Part shown: positions 10,504-21,488 of the stretch, piece by piece
How positions within the stretch are numbered: position 1 is the stretch's first letter
Layout of the letters: the number at the start of each line of letters is the position of its first letter
Assembly: GCA_963663545.1 (NCBI GenBank)
Contig: OY760505.1
Location: forward strand, 3,648,001 to 3,712,000
Direction: 5' to 3'
Length of the DNA stretch: 64,000 nucleotides
Source of the DNA: Candidatus Delongbacteria bacterium
Lineage (GTDB): Bacteria; CAIWAD01
The notes under the pieces: model-generated
Databases searched by the model: none
What the model was told of the DNA's origin: nothing
The model's input: only the letters and a program-made list of their open reading frames with translations
Program-made: the position numbers and the translations under genes

Positions 10504-12975
10504 TTATTTGAATAAGCGCAATTCGTAGATGGTCCAGGGGTGGTGCCGCTGCGAGTTGGTCTGGATAATTCGTAAATAACGGCAGCGTTGTCGCGGCAAT
10601 GGAATCACGAACTTGACGGCGTGCGGCTGTTTACTGAATGACCACAACGGCGGCACGGCCTCGGGTTCGACCACCAGCGCTTGCCAGTTATTGCCATCTT
10701 GAGAAATCTCGACGCGATAACCACCGGGATAGTGCCAGACCTGCGCTCCTAGCTCCATCACTATCCTGGCAACAACACCTGGCTGGCCCAGATCGATTGC
10801 TACAAAATCCCATGGTCGTTGATTATCTCCGGTAGTCCAATAACTGTCGAGGTTACCGTCGATCAATGCTCGAACCAGTCGATTTTTTCGACTGGCCATC
10901 ACCCGCCATTTCTTCGCAGAAAGTGATTTACCCTGGAAATGATATTTATCCAGGTAATTATTGGAGACGACCCGATAGACATAGCTGGAGCCGCAGCAGC
11001 GTTCCAATTGTAGTCTGTCGTGATATCCTTTCAGGCGCGTTGTCATTTGTCTCCAGGCTTCAGGCGGATATTTATGCCGATGTAGAATCAGATAGTCAAT
11101 CCCTAATTCTCGCAATAATCCCATCGCTAGCGGCGAGGGAAAATCGCGCATTCCGGTGCGGCACAAGTAAAAATAGGAGTGGGGAAAATAACCGCTGTAG
11201 CCATTGACCAGTTGCTTGCCATGGTAGAGGGAATAATACATATAGTAAGTTTCCTGCCAGGTTTCTTCCAATTTATGCGGCAACGGCATTTCCAGGATAA
11301 CCTTCGGTTGCGGTTGTTGGCCGAGCCAGCGGTAAACCGCAGGAATATTTTTTGCGGTCGCGACCGGAAAATTAACCAGGGGTAAGCAACAAAGTTCGAG
11401 CATCAGCAAGGGAACGATCACTCCCAAAAGCCATGGTGAATGCCGTGGCCATTGGCGCAGCAACCAGCTTACTCCATAAGCGATAAAAATACTCAACGCC
11501 AGCGCAGCAATCATAATGAAGCGAGCCGGGACCCGTACCCCATCGAATCCGGGCACGAAACGGGCCAGGAGATAATATGGCCCCACGCAAATCAAGTGTC
11601 GGCAGCAATAAATATACGGTCCCAGGCAAAGCAACAGCGATAACGCCAGCATTAGCAAATAAAATTTATAGGGACCAGGTTGAAACCAGGCATTGAGATA
11701 GCTCCGCACTCCTGGCTGCATCAGCAAGCGTAGCAGTGCCAGTAATCCAAACCAGGTTACCGCCAGATGCGGATGCGTAATATCGATACGCCAGGCGCCA
11801 ATTTCAAAATGGCAACTGCCGTTTTTTAGGGTTAGCACCACCACTATCGCCAGGAAAAGCAACAGACCCGACACAACATGGCCGGCAAGCCTGAGCCGAC
11901 GGTGGACGAGCGGCGCTGCCGGCTTTAGCTTCGGCAATGATTTTTTGCCACTGACAATGCCGATTGCCGCCAGGAGGAGCGCGATTACGCCAAAAAACAA
12001 TTCCCCTTCGGGCTTGCGCCAGGAGGCGGTAATGCTACCCCAGATGCAATTGCTGGCCGGAGCAGCGAAAAAACTGCGGATATCGGCGGAAAAATAGATC
12101 ATTTCGGCAAAAGAACGCCGAAAGCCCATTTGTTGTTTTAAATAAATGTAAGGATAGAAAAGCGGAAATAACACCAGCAAGCCCAAAAGCGAACAGCCGA
12201 GCAATCCGAGCCAGACGCGACGATCGCCATAGTGTTGCCGTAGCTCTACAGCGGTGAAGATCGCGATAAACGGCATGACAAATAATCCATAATAGCCGCA
12301 GCTTAAAAACTGGAAAATCCAAAAAACGGTCATCGCCAACAACCAGCGCTGACAGCGCGTTTGCCAAAATTTATGGTAACAGAGAAAAATCAAGGGCAAC
12401 CATTGTCCGCTTTGAATCTGCAAATGATGAATGCTGGCCATTTTCCAGGGAAAGAAAGCGAAAAACAATGCGGCGACAAAAGCGGCACGCCGGTCGCCAC
12501 TGAGATGGTGTGCTAATAAATACAGGTTGAATCCGGTCAAGATAAACGACAGCAAAAAAACAAAATTATAGGCGGCTACGGCATCGTCGCTCAATAGATT
12601 GACCGGTAAGGCCAGTATGGTATTCAGTGGCATGTAGTCGGTATAGGCCAGGGTACAGCTATGAGGATAGAAAATATTGGCATCGAGAAAAGTACTAATC
12701 TCGGCATTGGCGATTTTGCGGGCGCTCCAGGCCAACAACCAGGTATTCAAGAGCGGGTCACCCTCCTGCCCCGGCAATAGCTTTCCAGGATGGCAAATTA
12801 GCGGATAGGTCATAACTAGAGTCAATATTATCAGCATAACCAGTAGTAGCGACTGCGCCGCAATTTTGCCTGAAAGAGTTTGCGACGTTTGAGAAAAGAG
12901 ATGATTATTGGCGCCAAGGGCAACGATAATCCCGAAAACAAAGGTAATGGCGAGGTAAATGCTTGGCATAGGCAT
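10504..12975 (-). CDS. polytopic GT-C-like membrane protein with C-terminal discoidin (F5/8 type C) domain
   Basis: GDPLLNTWLLAW, DANIFYP, RVPARF, LVNGYSGYFP; LIDGNLDSYWTT, IDLG, SQDGNNW, RYLRI, WTIYEL. Confidence 0.75.
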   Translation of the reverse strand: MPMPSIYLAITFVFGIIVALGANNHLFSQTSQTLSGKIAAQSLLLVMLIILTLVMTYPLICHPGKLLPGQEGDPLLNTWLLAWSARKIANAEISTFLDANIFYPHSCTLAYTDYMPLNTILALPVNLLSDDAVAAYNFVFLLSFILTGFNLYLLAHHLSGDRRAAFVAALFFAFFPWKMASIHHLQIQSGQWLPLIFLCYHKFWQTRCQRWLLAMTVFWIFQFLSCGYYGLFVMPFIAIFTAVELRQHYGDRRVWLGLLGCSLLGLLVLFPLFYPYIYLKQQMGFRRSFAEMIYFSADIRSFFAAPASNCIWGSITASWRKPEGELFFGVIALLLAAIGIVSGKKSLPKLKPAAPLVHRRLRLAGHVVSGLLLFLAIVVVLTLKNGSCHFEIGAWRIDITHPHLAVTWFGLLALLRLLMQPGVRSYLNAWFQPGPYKFYLLMLALSLLLCLGPYIYCCRHLICVGPYYLLARFVPGFDGVRVPARFIMIAALALSIFIAYGVSWLLRQWPRHSPWLLGVIVPLLMLELCCLPLVNFPVATAKNIPAVYRWLGQQPQPKVILEMPLPHKLEETWQETYYMYYSLYHGKQLVNGYSGYFPHSYFYLCRTGMRDFPSPLAMGLLRELGIDYLILHRHKYPPEAWRQMTTRLKGYHDRLQLERCCGSSYVYRVVSNNYLDKYHFQGKSLSAKKWRVMASRKNRLVRALIDGNLDSYWTTGDNQRPWDFVAIDLGQPGVVARIVMELGAQVWHYPGGYRVEISQDGNNWQALVVEPEAVPPLWSFSKQPHAVKFVIPLPRQRCRYLRIIQTNSQRHHPWTIYELRLFK

Positions 12976-13234
12976 TTTGTCCTGGTCGTTCCGGCAAGAC
13001 TAATCTTGCCGGAATTGAAGTTATCACACTATTCCGATTACAGACGATGTTGAACAGCTTGTTGTCATCCCTAATGCAGACATCTCGCGGGAAATCCGTA
13101 CGTCCGGTTCGCAACGGGAAGAGACCGGCGAGGATGAAAATAGCAACGTCCGGACGCTAGTGAAAAAAAATAAATTTGATTTGACAGTAGAAAATATTTA
13201 TGATAACCTAAACAAGTTTTGGCAGAAATTCTGC

Positions 13235-13290
13235 TAAGGAGCCGCCAAGAAATAAGTTGGTCAGTCGGTTTAGCAATATTGTTTCCCGTC
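13235..13290. repeat. partial family A MITE (left end)
   Basis: taaggagccgccaagaaataagttggtcagtcggtttagcaatattgtttcc. Confidence 0.6.
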
Positions 13291-13770
13291 ATGAAAGGAG
13301 CATTACTATTCATAAGAAATTATCATAAGAAATTATAAGTGCTGCCATCTATAAGAACAGCAAAAGCCGCAGCAAAATACCACGGCTCAGTGCTGGCCTC
13401 TGACAAAAACGCAGGGGACTAGAATGTGCGTTTTTTATAAAAATAAGTCCTAAAATATATTGTTTCAATATATTTTAAAGACAAATCTTCAATGGATAAC
13501 ACAAATACCCACTACTCGGTATTAGCCGAGCTACTTTGGTAGCTAACGATGCTTGCTACCTTTGTCTTTGCTAAGCACAGGCTTCTTAATTAAGAAATCA
13601 ATATAGGGTCTCATTTAGAGACAGCGTAAATGTAGTCTTTACATTTAGCTATTTCTAAGTTTACTATCTCGGCTCCAAGTTTTCAATTGTTTTTTTGTAA
13701 ACACCCTAATTTTTATAAAACAAAATACCAATTTATACTTTTTCAGGTTTCAAAACCAAATTTTTTTGAT

Positions 13771-14150
13771 CTAACAATCGATTGCAGTGGACGCTTGCGC
13801 TACTAAAGCAAACGTTAGGCGCCCGGGAAAATATTCGAGTTGATTTGCGTCTCTTCCTTTATCTGCAAAGGAAAATAAATGCTGAAGGTTGTCCCCTTTG
13901 CCTGGCTCACTTTCGATCTTGATGGAACCTTGATGACGTTGAACGATGCCGTAAACCATTGACAGACCGAGTCCGGTACCATGTTCGCCTTTAGTAGTGA
14001 AAAAGGGGGGCTAAACAACGCTGGCGCACTTCTTCCGGCATCCCTGCTCCCGAATCACTTACTTCTAGCACCAGGTTTTCGTCTTGAGTACGGCTGCGAA
14101 TGATGATACTACCGTCGTTAGACATCGCGTCTACCGCTATCTTTGCGAAG
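13771..14150 (-). pseudogene. histidine-kinase HATPase_c remnant
   Basis: Fragments across frames: [56 protein letters not shown]. Confidence 0.75.
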
Positions 14151-14177
14151 TGATTTTTTGCATTTCCACAATAATCA

Positions 14178-15882
14178 TCACCCCAACTCCATAATCAATA
14201 ACACAAAAAAGATCAACAAAATTGCTACCATATTGCAGATATTTGCGCCGATCAGGTGTTTGAGAATATCCATCGAACTCTGGCGCCGCCTGGTTCCCCA
14301 CCAAAAACTAATGGAAGCGATCGCCACGCCCGCGCACATGGTCTTGACGGTAAACATCGCGAATCCTTCAAAAATCGGGATAAATCCCAGAAATATTTTC
14401 GGCTCGAGATGCGCCCAGAAAGTATCGACCCAGGTATACCAGGTACACAACGGATTAGTCGCCAGCGCCACCAGCAAAGAGCCTAGCGCCGACACCAAAA
14501 ACGAAATATACGAAAGTATCCAGCAACCGCAGACAAAGCAGATCAAGACCTGGGGATAGAAAAACAGGTTAGGCTCGACCCCAAAATTGCGCATGGCGTC
14601 CCATTGCCGCCGCTCGCTGTCTTTCATATTGGTAAAGTAGGCGGTAATCGCTGTCCCAGAGCGAGCGGCGATAAAAATACAAGTAAACAGCGGTATCAAC
14701 GCCCGGAACATTACTACACCAAAAGCCACTGAGCATTTCTCGAAAAAAAGCCGGCACAATGAAATTCTTGATCTCTACGGCGCCACCTCCACTAAGTTCG
14801 AAAACTGCCCAATTCCAGATGCAGCGAAAAATAGGTGGCCACCAGGCCAAGGAAAAAAACCGGTCAACACATTATAAGGCAGCGAAGCGAATGACCAGCA
14901 GCTTGATCATTACCCAGAAAAATTTGGCAAACCATAGATAGCTTTGCCAGCGGAATATTTTGCGTATGGTGCGAAAGAATCGTGGCAAAGCGCTATTCCA
15001 ACGCCAGTCGTCGCAGCCTACCTGATGTTGCAGCAGTTCGTCGGCAGTCAATTCACGAATCGAAGGTTTACGCGGTCGAGCCAGGTCGGCCTGATAATAG
15101 ACCGCAGTCTTGGGGGGGCAATCATTCTCGATTTCCTGGCGCTGGTTGATAAACCACACCCGATCGGCTATTCCCAAAAAATTTTCATAATCATGAGTAA
15201 TCACGATCGAGAGCAGGTTGTCGTTCTCGCTATGGGTTTTCTTGATCAAGGCTACCGCCTGTTGAGTGGAGCGTAGATCCAGCGATGAAGTTGGCTCGTC
15301 GAAGATCATGATCTGCGGGCGAAAGGCTAAAAAACGGCCAAAAGCGACTCGTTGCTTTTGACCTCCCGATAGATTATCGAGCTGGCACGACAAAATATTC
15401 GGCGGCAATCCCAAAGTAGAGACGATTTCTTTGCGCCAGACTTTCCAATCGCGGCCATAACGAGGCCGCTCCGACTGATCGTTGGCAAAAGCCATATTTT
15501 CTTCGACATCCAGATCATCGAACAGGCCGAGAGATTGGAACATCATCCCAATTTTTCCTTCTAACTCCGCAGGATAGATGTCGGCAAGAATGTCGATTTC
15601 TCGGCCATTCAGACGCAGACAAAAGCGGCTGTCTGGAGCGGTGTGGCTGATCAGCAAAGTTTTGTCGAACCGCGTCAGAAAACCGAGGAGCAAGTTCGTC
15701 AGCAACGATTTGCCTGAGCCGCTGCAACCGAGCAACAATACTATTTCACCCCGGCGGGCGTCGATGTTGATGTTGTGCAATAATTTTTCGGCGCGCAATT
15801 CCTGGTTATTGTCGGGCGCCGGTTTGACCGCCTCGATATTGACTGCGGCGATCTGGAAGATCGACTCATGAGTACTCATCAT
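14178..15882 (-). CDS. fused ABC ATPase (MlaF-like) + MlaE-type permease, broken by about four 1-nt insertions at 14720-14890
   Basis: GCSGSGKS, LSGGQKQRVAF, FDEPTSSLD, ITHD; permease IAARSGTAITA..QWDAMRNFGVEP; removing single bases gives one continuous frame. Confidence 0.7.
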
Positions 15883-17284
15883 CGCTTTCCCTTGTTGGTT
15901 ATCTGATAGACATATTGTTTATTGACCCGCAAGCCACTTCCGGGAAAACAGATTATTTGGGGTTCGGGCCGGTGTGAAATGCCTTCGCGCAGGGCCATCA
16001 ACAATAGCGGATTGGGACCGGTGCGGTTTTCATTAAGGACGAATTTCTCCAGCCAGCGAACGCTCAAATTCTGGACATCATCAATGATATTTTGGATATT
16101 GCTGACGATTTCTCGGTCCTGGGCTGCCTGGCTGAAGGTTTTGCACCAGGGCCTGAGCTACTTTATCGCCATAGCGTGCTTTGATGTGCTCGATCAGGCG
16201 TTGATTTCTAGCCAGAGCCTGAAAACCACCGACCACTTTATCCATGAATTCGACCTCCTGGGCTGCTTTTTTGACCACCTCCGAGCCATGGCGCATAATC
16301 TGGTCATTGTGGCTTCGAAAAACCCGTTTGAGTTCCTGGGCGTGCCGCTGGCCATCCTTGTTGCCAGGCTCCTTTTTGGAAACCGCTTTTAGCACGATCG
16401 AGCGCACGTTGCCGGTCGAAAATAACGCTAACGATGCCGCTAAAAATTTTGATGATTTTACCGCCTTTCATATCGGAAAAATATCTGGGATCAATAAAGA
16501 AGGAACTGACTTCGTCAAGTGCCTGATTAGCGCCGCCGCTGACTGCTTTCTGGGATACCCGGGTCCAATCGATATTGTCTTTGAACAAAGTGGTAATCCT
16601 GGCGGTATGCTCATTGCGTTCAATGCTGGCGATCGCCGCATTCCAATCAATGCGGGCAAAAACTTCGTGTTTGATCGTAGCGGTAATCTCTTGCTTGAGA
16701 AACGAATTGTTAAGGACACGCTCGGCCAGTTGTCGATCTTGTAATTCCTGGCCCAGCAGTTTGCCCAGCCGCTGGGAAAACGAGGGTGATGCGTTGCTGA
16801 TTTTTGCCGGCCAGTTGCCCATATTTGGTTCTTGAAGCGATCGCCTTGATCGGCACCGAAAAATCGGCTTAAAATGCTCAAAAACGACGGCGAAGCGTGT
16901 AAAAATTCAAAGCGGGTATCATCGCGTAAAGTGGAGGCTTCGTATTTTTTGATGATGGCAACCGAAAAGCGCCAGATTCGCGGGTCGGATTTATCAACGT
17001 TACTAATGAAACCGGTAAGGGTTCAATTCGGGCTGAAATTCGTAAACCGGTGTCCCCCGACGAAACCATTGCTGTGCCGTCAGTTTTTCGCCGGGGATTT
17101 CGAGAATAATTTCGGTGTTGTTGTTGATATAGGGCAGACGCGGTAATAACTCGCGAAAAAAAGTCGGCAGTATGCCAAACAATAGCTTTCCTAACACCAT
17201 AGCAGAGAGCAAGATGCCAAAAGCAGTAGTCCCCCAAAACAGAATAGACCGGCGTTTAAGCAAATGCTTGCAGAAAAATTTCAT
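15879..17284 (-). CDS. frameshifted membrane-anchored protein, possibly MlaD/MCE-like partner
   Basis: N-terminal TM, overlapping ORF pieces 17284-17003, 17237-16878, 16822-16304, 16407-16081, 16067-15879; adjacent to Mla genes. Confidence 0.4.
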
Positions 17285-17319
17285 AGGAACGTCCTTGAGG
17301 TAAAATAAACGAACTTGAT

Positions 17320-17509
17320 TAGGCTGTGTTTACGAATTCATTTCGCCTGCTATCGAGTCATTTTGTTCCCTGGCGGCGTCGCTCCTCAATATACAGAACT
17401 AAGGCTATGCGCATTCGTCGCTCCTTGCCAGAAAACAAAATTGCTAAACCAACTGACCAAGTTATTTAATCCCGTCGCCTAAACGAAAGCAATTCGTAAA
17501 CACAGCCTA
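17320..17509. mobile_element. MITE-like element: family A core (reversed) inside different 19-bp terminal inverted repeats
   Basis: taggctgtgtttacgaatt (17320-17338) / aattcgtaaacacagccta (17491-17509). Confidence 0.75.
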
Positions 17510-18016
17510 GACTGACCAATTTATTTTCGGCTCCTGGTTAGACGAAAAATTTTTTGATTTGGCTGGCCGATTAAGGAATTAATTCGCTGCGTAAGTCCTG
17601 TACCTATTTTTCCAATAACATTTTGATTTTTTTTTTATGCCAGTTAGAATCAGGTTTTCAGAACGACTTCCCTCTATACACCAGAAAAATAAAGGCTAAA
17701 TTTCTCCTGCGTAAGTCCTGTTCCAGATTATCCTCGGCAAGATCATCGACGGCTTTAATCGCATTTCGCTATCACTCAAAGGAAAGAAGGTTATTGCCCA
17801 ATTGATCTGATTTTTGTAACATTATATCAAAATTAAATCAATGCACATTTTTTTGAGAAGTGTGTAAAAAGTCAGTCTAAAAGTCTGCAATTTCAGTTAT
17901 TTCAGCATGTCTTTTCCAATGAAACGATTTGCCCCCAAACGATTTCTATCTGTCATTTATGCTGGCTCCTAAAAAATATCCATTTTTTTTTGTCAGAAAA
18001 TCCATCTTGTTGCCAA

Positions 18017-18249
18017 TAAGGAACCGGTAAGAAATAAGTTGGTCAGTTGGTTTAGGCGCCGGCAAGAAATAAGTTGGTCAGTTGGTTTAGGCGCCGGCAA
18101 GAAATAAGTTGGTCAGTTGGTTTAGCAATTTTGTTTCCTGGCAAGGAGCGACGAATGCGCATAGCCTTAGTTCTGTAATTGAGGAATGACGCGGCCAGGG
18201 AGCAAAAGGGCAAACCAAATGGGGAAGTTATTTCTTGCCGGCTCCTTAG
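18017..18249. mobile_element. family A MITE with triplicated left end
   Basis: aagaaataagttggtcagttggtttag three times at 35-nt period, then full core and right TIR ttatttcttgccggctcctta. Confidence 0.8.
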
Positions 18250-18329
18250 TTAAAAAACCGGGATCTTGAAATCCAAAACGAAACGAAAAAACATGTCAGA
18301 AAATCCATATCTCGATTAGGAATCATATT

Positions 18330-19229
18330 TTGAAATATTTGTTGCTGATTTTCATCTGTACGACCATAATCCTGGCGCATGGGCAGGAAATTACTCCCGA
18401 GTTTGTCTTTCAACTTAACGGAGAGCTGCTCGCCACGACAAAATCCAATGAAACCTATTGGAATCTGGCCACAAAGGAAGAATTTTGCTCTCTACCCAAA
18501 CGACCGACTAAGATCGCCCCAGGGCGGTATCGGTTGTTTTTTGAACTCAAGCCATACGAATTCTATGGACCTGATGGCACGAAGATAACCGTGAACTTAA
18601 AGCCGCGTGAATACCTGGCTTTGTACGGACGGCTGGCCCAGGGGCAAAGCTCGTCGGTTCCTTTACAGTGGCACGGGATCGCGTTTCAGACAGTATTGTC
18701 CTGTCCTCCGGCAAAACTTCCTCGTCCTCTCTTTAGTCAGGCATTGGTGCGTTGCCTGGGCAGGGAAAAAGTGCTGTTGGAAAAATCGGGACTCACTGAT
18801 GAGAGCATACGGTGCATGCTCGCAAATAATGACTGGTGCCGCACCAATCGCCGCGTAACGGGTGGAGTGCTCCAGTGCGAACTCAAGCCATACGAATTCT
18901 ATGGACCTGACGGCACGAAGATAACCGTGAACTTAAAGCCGCGTGAATACCTGGCTTTGTACGAACGGCTGGCCCAGGGGCAAAGCTCGTCGGTTCCTTT
19001 ACAGTGGCACGGGATCGCGTTTCAGACAGGGCTGTCCTGCCCGCCGGCAAAACTTCCTCGTCCTCTCTTCAGTCAGGCATTGGTGCGCTGCATGGGCAGT
19101 GGGAAAGCGCTGGAAAAATCGGAACTCGCCAACGCGAACATCCGTCGTCTTCTCGCGGACAATGATTGGTGCTGTGGCGATTGCTTCGTAACAAATGGTG
19201 TGCTCCAGTGCAAAACTCAAGCCTTATAA
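18330..19229 (+). CDS. secreted hypothetical protein with an internal ~112-aa near-identical duplication
   Basis: Signal peptide; ELKPYEFYGPDG...VLQC repeated (18543-18878 vs 18879-19214). Confidence 0.6.
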   Translation: MKYLLLIFICTTIILAHGQEITPEFVFQLNGELLATTKSNETYWNLATKEEFCSLPKRPTKIAPGRYRLFFELKPYEFYGPDGTKITVNLKPREYLALYGRLAQGQSSSVPLQWHGIAFQTVLSCPPAKLPRPLFSQALVRCLGREKVLLEKSGLTDESIRCMLANNDWCRTNRRVTGGVLQCELKPYEFYGPDGTKITVNLKPREYLALYERLAQGQSSSVPLQWHGIAFQTGLSCPPAKLPRPLFSQALVRCMGSGKALEKSELANANIRRLLADNDWCCGDCFVTNGVLQCKTQAL

Positions 19230-21384
19230 GCTAAGTGATGATGTAAGCGGCAAGGACTATCTGCTGCCGATGCCGGCAAGAGGCTGGCTTACCGCCTATC
19301 TCGATTACGTGGCTGCCTGGAGTGGAAAAAAATCGCCGCGAGTAATGCAATTACTGCATCCGGACCATCGACACGCTTATGAAACAGCACCAGAGGCAGA
19401 GCGCCGGTTCTACCTGCGCGACCACCTTATCGCACGACCGCCGTATGCATTGAGACTGACGGATGTGCCGCTTGCGCGTTTACAAAATCAAGTTTCGCAA
19501 AAAAACTGGCAATACTGGGCTCTACGATATCCAAAGCAATAAAACCGTTCCCCTGCGCTGTGAGGGGAGCTGTTTGTTCTGGCGCAATGCCGCCGAACGG
19601 ACACCGCTTTCGGGGGAAAAGCATATTTTTGGTGCAACCATCTCTGGTGCGGCGTCGGCGTTCTTCCTGCCTCTCGATAAAGAGCTGCCGGAACGAGCGA
19701 GTGCTTACTACACCGTGGAGTTGACATTGCCGCATGGGACCGGGCTCAAAGGCATCATCGCGCAAATACCGGCCTATTCGGCGCAGGACATCGAGGTCAC
19801 GCTATACCATGAAATCCCCCGTAATTTCCATTATGCGCTCATTCCTTCACCGCTGCCGGTGTGCCTGCGGTGTACGGCGGATCAGCTAACGCTGTTTCCT
19901 TGCGATATACGGCTGGTGCGCAAGATTAGCTATTGTTTTGCCGGTCGAAAAATTTCACGAACTCCACCCAATTCTGTAGGCAACGCCGATGACCTGGCCC
20001 ACGGGACGGTGCAGCCTTCCCTGGAATGGCGACAGTGGTGGAATTTTGCTATAAGGCCACCACTGCGCCAGGCGTCTACTTTTGTTTTGCTCGATGCTTT
20101 TTACAGAAATGACGATCAACTCATGGAGCGAGAGGAAGAATGGACGGAAATCAAATTGCTGTGCCTGGCTCTGGCCAATATCGAACCCGGTGCAGCCTTC
20201 GCTTACGTTCGCGGCGGCGTTATGCGGCGTTGTGAAAGGGCTGGGGGAACTCCAGCGCATGAATCTCGACTTTGCCGATTGCACGCTGGGACTTCCCTAC
20301 CATCGCCACTACTCCAACTATCAGAGGGAACTCGATAATCTGCTGGCCGGTCGCCGGGTCAAAGAACTCATCTTTGTCCGTTCTTGCTACAATCCCGATT
20401 ATCGTTACAGCGAAATATCCCGAGGAAAGCAAATTCGTTTGGGAGATATAATTCTCCGCAATTTCGATCGCGGCAAATTTCAGAAGTGGATCAATGCGAT
20501 CCCGAAAACCCGCAAAAAATTTGCCAGAGAAAATCAACATCCAAGGAGGTCGAAAATGAGAAAGCTATTCATTTTGTTCCTGTATCTTTGGAGCACTCAG
20601 ATCGCGGCCCAAACCATAGAAACGCAATGGTTGCTTCACGGCGATAGTCGTCGTATCTGCCCGGTGGAGCGTTATGACGCAACAGCAGAGAAGGTATTGT
20701 ACCAGATCGACGGCAACACGCATTCTACTGCTGTCCAGGCAAATAGAAACTGGGTGCGTTATAGTCGCTTCGGCCCCCGGACATCGAGGCTAATCATTGC
20801 CTTACAGGAAGGCCCCGCATTGTATGCATCTCCGGAAGAAGACAAACCGGGCATAAGTACCCGCGCTAGGAGAAAATTTCCTGCGCACTGATATTAGCCA
20901 CACCAACTCGCACGGCGAGAAATACATCCTTGTGGTCACTTTTCCCGAGACAGTTGAAAAAATCTTTACCAAGTCGGTAAGCGGTGATCTCCAAGCTCTG
21001 TGCCTAAACATTAGCATTCCGGACAATTATATCGAGCGCATCCTCATCGAGCCGCAAGGGCATTCCACTGCGGTCAAACTGACCTGGTACGGGCAAATGA
21101 GCCGGGAAGCATTCCAGATATTGAGCACCCTTAATAGAAGCTCAAAATGGCGGGAAACTATGCGACAGCTCCGCGAGGAAGTCGATGCTCGCTACCGCGA
21201 GCGCAAACCCACAGCCGGTTGGATGAAAGCAAGCTCGCTCATTCGCGGCAGAATGCACGAAGACCGTCACCTGGAAGGAGAAATTCGCTTTCTCGGTCGT
21301 CCCTACCTGCCGCTGGAAGTCGATCGCGTGTGGTTGGGAGAGCCCGCGGCGCATCGTCTCCCTATCATCGGCAGTTCCCGATGA
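19195..21384 (+). other. series of overlapping ORF fragments, probably one or two frameshifted hypothetical genes
   Basis: Co-oriented overlapping ORFs; signal-peptide-like MRKLFILFLYLW at 20557. Confidence 0.35.
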
Positions 21385-21488
21385 TAAGGAGTTAAAGGAC
21401 ATTAAAAAAACTTACTACGCCGATAAAACCATCAAGCAATTGCGCGAGGCAGCGGAAAGTTGCGGTTCCCGAGAAGCTGAAAGCCAGG

